A stretch of 46,109 nt of DNA from NCBI GenBank assembly GCA_008369845.1, contig MRSU01007023.1, positions 1 to 46,109 of the forward strand, given 5' to 3'. This DNA is from Trichomonas gallinae. Lineage: Eukaryota. Every line of letters begins with the position of its first letter. The first letter of the stretch is position 1. Both the position numbers and the translations under genes were made by a program. Below, one piece after another: positions 39,596 to 46,109 of this stretch. Under the pieces are notes generated by a model that was given only the letters and a program-made list of their open reading frames with translations, did not search any database and had not been told where the DNA came from.

Positions 39596-40855
39596 ATGAA
39601 AATTGATTCCTTTCATACAAATCATATCGATTTTTCCATGATCAATCATGATAACACGCATAATACAAATAGTTATTATAAGGAAATAATCAATATAACA
39701 ACAAGAAATTCTGATGAAAATTTTAATTCTAAATCAAAATTCAATAATCACGATAATATCACAATTTATTCTTATTGTAAAGATAATACTGGAAACTTAT
39801 GTGAAAAGATTGACATTTTTTATTATGGATCACAAAACAAAGGAATTGTGCAAACAGTCAATCATATCAGTTTTAAATCAGGCATAGGCTATGAATCTAA
39901 AGATAATTCTAATCAAGTTTTGTCAAGTAACTGCGGAAATTGTCATCATATTCTAAATTCATTCAATCTGCATTCTTCATGGGAAGAATTTTTTGGAGAT
40001 AGTCAACCTGTAAATCTAATCATTACGATTCCTTATAACCAAACAAGTCCCGGTTATTATTACATATACGACATCGCTATTTTGAATCAAAACATTAATG
40101 ATCAAATGTTAAGATTTTCGGGAAACAATGTTCTTTTAGAACATTCTTTATTCTCAAACATTACGTTTACATCAAACTCAGGAAGTCATTATGGAATTGA
40201 TTTTGATTCTTCAGATCTGTTATTCATTGCAAATAAAGTATGCATTTCTCAATTTAAATCAAATGAATGGTTATCAAATCACATTCGATATTTTGACACA
40301 TCGATATCATTATTAGATTCCAGCATATTAAGTTATAATAAATATCGAGAACCGTCTGGAAAAAATATTATTTCAAACATTAACATATCATATAGCAGAC
40401 CTCCCATTAATGTAATTAATACATATAGTATAGCATTAAATATAAATTACTCTACAATTCATAACAATACTGCAACAGCACACCATCATTTAATTATAGC
40501 TCAATTTAATGGCCCAATAGATTTCTCAAAATGCAAGATATCAAACAACATAGGCCAAAATCTATTTTATCAATATGGCTCTAATTGCGAACTTTTCGAC
40601 TCAATAATTGTGAATAACACAGTTAATTATCAAAGATGGTTTAAAATTACTCGATGTCATCATTCAGGAAATTCATTTGATGATGTCCTTCAAGATAAGG
40701 AACCAACAGAAGAATTTTCGCTTGATCTATCGCATTATACGACAGCATATTGTCAAGGGATTCCCAAAGAAGTTGCTGCCGAAAATGTCATGAAAGTCCA
40801 ATGTTCATGTTTTCCCTTTGTTTATCGAAATATTATATATAAGGCCAGAAGATAA
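39596..40855 (+). CDS. Lineage-specific Asn/Ile/Ser-rich protein, beta-helix-like C-terminal half; possibly decaying
   Basis: 419-aa ORF. NINISY / NNTA / CKISNN / SIIVNN repeats and LDLSHYTTAYCQG. The frame is open upstream to a signal-peptide-like segment starting at ATA 39479. Confidence 0.6.
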   Translation: MKIDSFHTNHIDFSMINHDNTHNTNSYYKEIINITTRNSDENFNSKSKFNNHDNITIYSYCKDNTGNLCEKIDIFYYGSQNKGIVQTVNHISFKSGIGYESKDNSNQVLSSNCGNCHHILNSFNLHSSWEEFFGDSQPVNLIITIPYNQTSPGYYYIYDIAILNQNINDQMLRFSGNNVLLEHSLFSNITFTSNSGSHYGIDFDSSDLLFIANKVCISQFKSNEWLSNHIRYFDTSISLLDSSILSYNKYREPSGKNIISNINISYSRPPINVINTYSIALNINYSTIHNNTATAHHHLIIAQFNGPIDFSKCKISNNIGQNLFYQYGSNCELFDSIIVNNTVNYQRWFKITRCHHSGNSFDDVLQDKEPTEEFSLDLSHYTTAYCQGIPKEVAAENVMKVQCSCFPFVYRNIIYKARR

Positions 40856-41780
40856 TAATAATACTAAAAATGTTTTTTTTCCCTCCTTAATAACTCGAAA
40901 ATACTTAGCACATTATAATTGAATATAACTGGGAAACTTTGAGTTGTCGGAAATGAAAATTGGGACGCTGAGAAAAAGTGGCTGCCCCAATTCTCTTTGA
41001 ACTGCGCCTACACAATACATTTGGATGTGTAGTATATTCTCTGATGCAGTCCATTTTCATAACATTTTCTGTGAATTAGAAATTTTGAAATTATAATCGA
41101 TCTCGTTAGAATATTGCTATATGTCATAAACAGAGCTACATCTGCATTATACCGAGATTACATTCCTCATAATTGGGTTAAAAAAACACGATTTTTGAAT
41201 TTCGAAATTCAGAGTATATTTGGATATGTCATTACATTCATCATACAGCATGGAGTTCAAACGTTATATTAACGTTTGTCAAGTTTCACGACAATTTTAA
41301 ATTTTCGAGATACAAAACAGATTTGCGTAGCTATCAATATTTATTCTAAAACAAGTACTATGTCATGTTTCCAGACGTCTATATAGCTTTATGAGGTAAT
41401 ATCTCAATGCATATTTAGCAAAAATAATTATCATTATATACTTTATATGCATCTCTAAAGTTAAATTCCACACTCAGTTTAACGTTACAATCATTATTTT
41501 AGATGCGAATTCGAAAGGAAACCATATTTTGGATTCATTACAGCAGATTGATCTGTATGGTGTTTTCTATAAAGATATATAGTCAAATATTTTATGAATA
41601 AAAAAATTTTGATTATCAATATAAATCACAATAAAATTATGATAGGATATCATATAATAACAACTTATTAATAAATCACTACCAAAATTAGAATAATGCA
41701 TTGCTAACGGAAAAATCTTGATTCATACAATACATATTTATATATAAAAATACAAACAAAAAAAGAAAAAAGGTAGAAAT

Positions 41781-44700
41781 CTAATGCAACAATTGATTGA
41801 ATCTATTTGTGAATGAAACCTCGCCGAATTTTGTGGAAGAAAGTTGAACTTTAGCTTCATCATATGAGATGCCGAAAAGGCGTGATTTCTCGATTCCCGG
41901 CGCACTCTGTAGAACCGAAACAGCTGATGCACCATGAACGACGGCGCGAATATCCTTTGATGACATATTGATAGAATTCATAAGCGACAAAACATCTTGT
42001 GCTTTCGACGTTTCGCAGATGCAGATGATTCTTCGGTTACGAGTATCAACAACATTTCCTATTTTTTCAAATTTCGATACCAAATCAGTAAAAACATCTT
42101 TTTTCATTGATTCAACGATGATTATTACTGATGAAACAAAATTCGCTGCTTTTCTTCTGTTGACACCCGCTGCGACTGATGACTTGAGCTTCTCTGCGAT
42201 ACGCAGCCTGTTGTTGTTCGTGTGGTGGTGAGTATCATCTTTGATGAGTAAAATTGTGCCTTTGCGCGAGAAAGTAAACGCGATTTCGCGCTGGTCATTG
42301 ATTGCGACGCTTCTTGTTTCGAGTGGTTTCTTCTGGGCGAAGAACATTCTGATGGCATCAGCTGATTCAGTTGAGTTATTGATTATATATTCTACAACTT
42401 CGCATAACTGTGATGGAACAAAAGGAAGAAATTGTTTGATGTCACCTTTAACTTCTGTTATGTTCTCGAGTGGATCCATGCATATAATGGAGAAGAAGTC
42501 GAAGGAAGAAACAGGCTGTCTCGCGTTTTCTGCGAAGCTAGAAACTTCGCTGATATTCGTTCGCTTTCCTATCATAATCTTCGTCAAGACAGGGTTGCTC
42601 TTTCTCGCTGCCTGTGGAACAAATTTCATGATGTCTTCAACGGATGATGAGATGTTGATGACTTTATAGCCGTAAAGAGCAAACATCATAATGAAGATGA
42701 ACGCGAAGATAATCGTCGAGTATGTTATTGTCCACATTGTCCTTTTTGTGTAGTTAGCGAAATATGGCGTAGTAATGAAGCAGTTTGGACAAGTAGTATT
42801 GAACATGTAATAAATGCATCCTTCGGGGCTGTTCAATGCCATTTTCGCGATGAAAAGAGAGTCAGAATCAGTCGTCTCATTTAATCCATTTTTTGTTGTC
42901 GTCTCTAATATTGATGTAGTGTACATAAGGAACTGCGTGATATTCTTAGGGTCGACGAGTTTCGCCATGGTGTTGTTTCCATATATAAGCTCGTTCTTGA
43001 ATTCGAATTGTGCTATGACCATGAAAACAGGGTCACACATCAAGAAGCAGAAAGCGAGCGCGCAGTAAACAATTGCGCGCGCGAAAGTCAAATCGTGAGG
43101 GGTCTGTCTCTGGTGCTGCTCTAATGTAATCAGCTTATCAAATAGCGATGAAATGGATTTGAGCATCGAAGGTTGGATTGTTTTAATTACCGCGTACATG
43201 TTTTTCTTCATCGTGAACATAGATATAATATGAATAACAATCACGAAAGCTCCCGCAATTGATATCAAAACTAAAGTGATTGTGAACTTAATTAAACCTT
43301 TCTCATATATTCTTTTGGCGTAGAAGTTGTGGTTATTTACAATATCGGTGAAAACCTTTTCAGTCATTTCGATCAAAGGCAAAGAATAACGATCTAGAGA
43401 ATCAATGATTTCACTCAATATACTAACATCTCTTTCTTCATCGCTCATCATGTACTGCATGAGTTGATGCAGTCCTGAATACAGAAACTGGAACGAACAT
43501 TTAGTGGAGTTACAGTTAGGAATAGAGAAATTAATAGACCGATGAATTTGTCGAGTTTCAAACTGAAAAATTCTCTCGCTCAGAGATTGTTCGATATGCG
43601 ATATATGGACAAGCGTGTGCTTATACAGATTACTCTTGATTGTTTCCCACTCTGTCCCCGACGTGTTTATGTAGTTGGATTTATTGACAACGTCATCGAG
43701 TGAGCCGAGTAAAATATCAGAAATTAATCGAACATCATGTCTCGCCCAATGAATTTCATTCCTAAACATAATCATGCTATTTAGCAAACCGATTGAGTTG
43801 TAATACAATGTTCTCGAATTTTCGTGTTCATTTGTCATGAAAATTAAAACAATGCAAACAATCAAGAAGAAAACAATTGCGATCGAAAAAGTTAACTTAA
43901 TGAAAACTGTTCCGGTTCTATCGAAAATGATATCAACTGGCTGATGAGCTGTCGGAACAGTGAAAGCATGAGATAAAGCTTGCAGATATTCATCATTTGA
44001 GGATACTTGTGTCATGTATCTCAAAGCGTGTTCATGCGAATCAATCAGTGAAATAAATCTTAATTCATCTGCGTATTGGTCAATATTTTCTTCTGGTTCT
44101 TGATAAGTTGGCGTGCAAATTGGGAACAGCATCGAAAAGTAGGAGAAAAGGTCATTGACTATATACGATCTGTTCGGATTTAGCAATTGAATTGTTCGTG
44201 TGTAGTACTGCGCGGACCTGAGGAAATTGTGTTTCATGTCCGCATAAAACAAAGCGTTTTCGCCTGCAATGCTCGAACAGTATGGATATTTCATCGACAT
44301 GGTTCTTAGAAATGTGTTGAGCTTGTTCAGTTGTGTGTGGAATGCGATGAATGCGTCGTGGAATCTGTCAGCATCACTGTAGAGAACTGAGCGCCAAAAT
44401 GTTCTGTGGATTGAAGCAAACTGAGAAACTTCGATTCTATATTCATCGAGTTCTCTCGCGATTACAGGAGAGATTCTCTCTGATGTCTGCATGATGCAAT
44501 AGATGGCTTGGAACAGATGAATGTTGCGCACTCCGAAGTAATCCAGGCTCAATATGTGAAGCATAAACTTGTAGACACGAGGATTTGTGCCCCAAGAAAT
44601 CGCAAACAAAAAAGAAACATAGCTTGCGATCCAGGAACTCTTGGGGAACTTTTCTAGACAAAATTGGACAAATGCTGGCGAATAAACTGTTTGGTTACCT

Positions 44701-45791
44701 GTTTGGAGGCCTTCGTGTATTAATAATCTAACTTGACGTTCAGTTTTTATTGATTCTAGTGTTGTTGATATGGCGGACACTGAGTATTCACCTGTTGTAC
44801 TATCAAGCTGGTCAAGAAACTGTTGTATAGCGATTCTTCGTCGATCGTTGAGAAATCTTATCGAAATAAAAAGCAAACAAAAGAATAAAGGAAGCAGCAT
44901 AACGAAATATAAGTTGAGAGAAATGTTAAAGCCTAATTGAAGAGCACCAAGAATCAATGTTCCAAGAATTAAAATGTAATGAGCTGCAATCATGCAATTT
45001 AATATGCCATTGAGCATAGGGGACTCTAAAATGCAGTAAATAGTAGCTGCAAGAATAATTATGAATGCTCCAGTAAAAGTCGAATAATACGCGTAAGGAC
45101 CCATGTTTTGCGTCTGCAATGATGTGAAAAATACAACTAGAGTAAATACGGGCATGAATGATGTATATCCGAGGAACCATTCTCCTGTAATATTATTCGG
45201 CGCAATTATCGAGTTGTTGTCAATGTAAGTAAGGGCCATATATAAGGCGAGAAATATCAAAAACGCTACCAGCAGCAGCGAATTTAACAAATGATATACA
45301 ACGCTTGAGCTTTTGACGAAAACGTACATCGCTGTGTAGCTAAATGTTACACACGTAAATGGGTATATGATTGAGATTATCTGTGGTGATAGAAAGTAGT
45401 GTAAAAACAGTAATAAATCTGGGTTAAAAAAACATAATATAAATGAAATTATGGGAATCATGATTAAAACAAACGAGATTGTGTCTGCTAGTTCGATTGA
45501 AATTATGCCTGGTATATATTTTTGTAATCCGTTGCAATTTGGAAAATATGTTAAATCAGTGACAGTCGATTTTGGGTCAATTGGGCTGGCCCAGATGTAT
45601 GGATATACCGTTATGAGAGCGGTGATAAAAAGTTGATAAAATATTGTAAATGCGCTTAAACCTGTGTTTCTGATCGAAATATTCTTGAAAATTGCCGAAA
45701 ATCGAAAAAATCTCCACTTATAGCCAATATTGTTCGGTGAATTTGCGGTGACTAACCGTGAAGTTTGACTAAATCGACTATTTTCTTTCAT
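41781..45791 (-). CDS. Multi-pass transmembrane adenylyl-cyclase-family (TMAC-like) protein with PAS-like and degenerate cyclase domain
   Basis: About 8 N-terminal TMs, a helical cytosolic region (YPYCSSIAGENALFYADMKHNF), further TM pairs, PAS-like SIICMDPLENITEV, and C-terminal IRAVVHG...RLFGISYDEA...STKFGEVSFT resembling a class III cyclase end. Confidence 0.7.
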   Translation of the reverse strand: MKENSRFSQTSRLVTANSPNNIGYKWRFFRFSAIFKNISIRNTGLSAFTIFYQLFITALITVYPYIWASPIDPKSTVTDLTYFPNCNGLQKYIPGIISIELADTISFVLIMIPIISFILCFFNPDLLLFLHYFLSPQIISIIYPFTCVTFSYTAMYVFVKSSSVVYHLLNSLLLVAFLIFLALYMALTYIDNNSIIAPNNITGEWFLGYTSFMPVFTLVVFFTSLQTQNMGPYAYYSTFTGAFIIILAATIYCILESPMLNGILNCMIAAHYILILGTLILGALQLGFNISLNLYFVMLLPLFFCLLFISIRFLNDRRRIAIQQFLDQLDSTTGEYSVSAISTTLESIKTERQVRLLIHEGLQTGNQTVYSPAFVQFCLEKFPKSSWIASYVSFLFAISWGTNPRVYKFMLHILSLDYFGVRNIHLFQAIYCIMQTSERISPVIARELDEYRIEVSQFASIHRTFWRSVLYSDADRFHDAFIAFHTQLNKLNTFLRTMSMKYPYCSSIAGENALFYADMKHNFLRSAQYYTRTIQLLNPNRSYIVNDLFSYFSMLFPICTPTYQEPEENIDQYADELRFISLIDSHEHALRYMTQVSSNDEYLQALSHAFTVPTAHQPVDIIFDRTGTVFIKLTFSIAIVFFLIVCIVLIFMTNEHENSRTLYYNSIGLLNSMIMFRNEIHWARHDVRLISDILLGSLDDVVNKSNYINTSGTEWETIKSNLYKHTLVHISHIEQSLSERIFQFETRQIHRSINFSIPNCNSTKCSFQFLYSGLHQLMQYMMSDEERDVSILSEIIDSLDRYSLPLIEMTEKVFTDIVNNHNFYAKRIYEKGLIKFTITLVLISIAGAFVIVIHIISMFTMKKNMYAVIKTIQPSMLKSISSLFDKLITLEQHQRQTPHDLTFARAIVYCALAFCFLMCDPVFMVIAQFEFKNELIYGNNTMAKLVDPKNITQFLMYTTSILETTTKNGLNETTDSDSLFIAKMALNSPEGCIYYMFNTTCPNCFITTPYFANYTKRTMWTITYSTIIFAFIFIMMFALYGYKVINISSSVEDIMKFVPQAARKSNPVLTKIMIGKRTNISEVSSFAENARQPVSSFDFFSIICMDPLENITEVKGDIKQFLPFVPSQLCEVVEYIINNSTESADAIRMFFAQKKPLETRSVAINDQREIAFTFSRKGTILLIKDDTHHHTNNNRLRIAEKLKSSVAAGVNRRKAANFVSSVIIIVESMKKDVFTDLVSKFEKIGNVVDTRNRRIICICETSKAQDVLSLMNSINMSSKDIRAVVHGASAVSVLQSAPGIEKSRLFGISYDEAKVQLSSTKFGEVSFTNRFNQLLH

Positions 45792-45798
45792 ACACAGA

Positions 45799-45808
45799 TT
45801 GTCACTTT
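45799..45808 (-). promoter_or_regulatory. AAAGTGAC (motif-2-like) element
   Basis: AAAGTGACAA about 8 nt before the cyclase-like ATG at 45791. Confidence 0.7.
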
Positions 45809-46109
45809 TAAAATTAATGGGTCCTCAAATATTTTTCATGTTTTTATTCGAAAAAACTGGTTTTTGGTATATAACAACCCATTGCTCAAATTTTTTGACA
45901 AAATTTTTTTATAAAAATTTTTATGAAAAAATAACTTTTTGAAAATAAATAATAATGCTATACACTTTCCATGCAAGAGCAGCACCTATTATCGCATTCT
46001 CTTCTTGACTTAATGCTTATAATTACATCTCATACTGTCCCCCGTTTTTCTGATGTCAGACAGCTTTTTCGATACGTATTCAATTTCTTGGGACCCAAAG
46101 TGGCAGGAC

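Noticed and set aside
2041..45636. Many short ORFs nested in or antisense to the long genes (e.g. 2041-2358, 3184-3591, 28278-28718, 42241-42669)
   Set aside because: Shadow ORFs expected from the biased codon usage of the real genes; no motifs or promoters of their own.
45950..46109. GC-richer window end that may be the 3' end of a minus-strand gene, with a 20-nt GT..AG segment
   Set aside because: Truncated by the window edge, frame ambiguous, and no trichomonad branch-site consensus.
1..46109. Spliceosomal introns, tRNA/rRNA, CRISPR arrays, Maverick or mariner elements
   Set aside because: By eye I found no ACTAACACACAG-type intron 3' ends, cloverleafs, spaced repeat arrays, transposase/integrase/polymerase ORFs or long terminal inverted repeats.

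Overview
AT-rich eukaryotic genomic DNA, most likely from a trichomonad parabasalid (Trichomonas vaginalis or a close relative). This is inferred from the intron-less compact genes, TCAYT initiator elements, AAAGTGAC elements just before ATGs, and the gene families present. The window holds about 15 protein genes: an RNASEK/V-ATPase-subunit-f-like protein, a LisH protein with a poly-His tail, a PH/GRAM-like protein, katanin p60-like KATNAL2, a divergent Sec23/24-like protein, two single-pass membrane proteins, a cathepsin-B-like peptidase, an exportin-7-like protein, a small HTH-like protein, a ~2150-codon BEACH gene, a DNAH1-type axonemal dynein heavy chain, a BAR-like protein, a lineage-specific protein and a transmembrane cyclase-like protein with a degenerate catalytic domain. 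I could not support any rRNA, tRNA, CRISPR or intact transposon. Main leads: (1) the BEACH gene is one reading frame broken only by a single in-frame TGA, and it ends in a leaky-type TGA-CTA context; (2) an 11-mer, TGACATGTAAA, occurs six times, only in non-coding DNA and mostly at gene 5' ends; (3) one gene has its signal peptide starting at ATA where ATG is expected; (4) several enzymes have degenerate catalytic sites. All family assignments come from motif recognition by eye; no database search was run.
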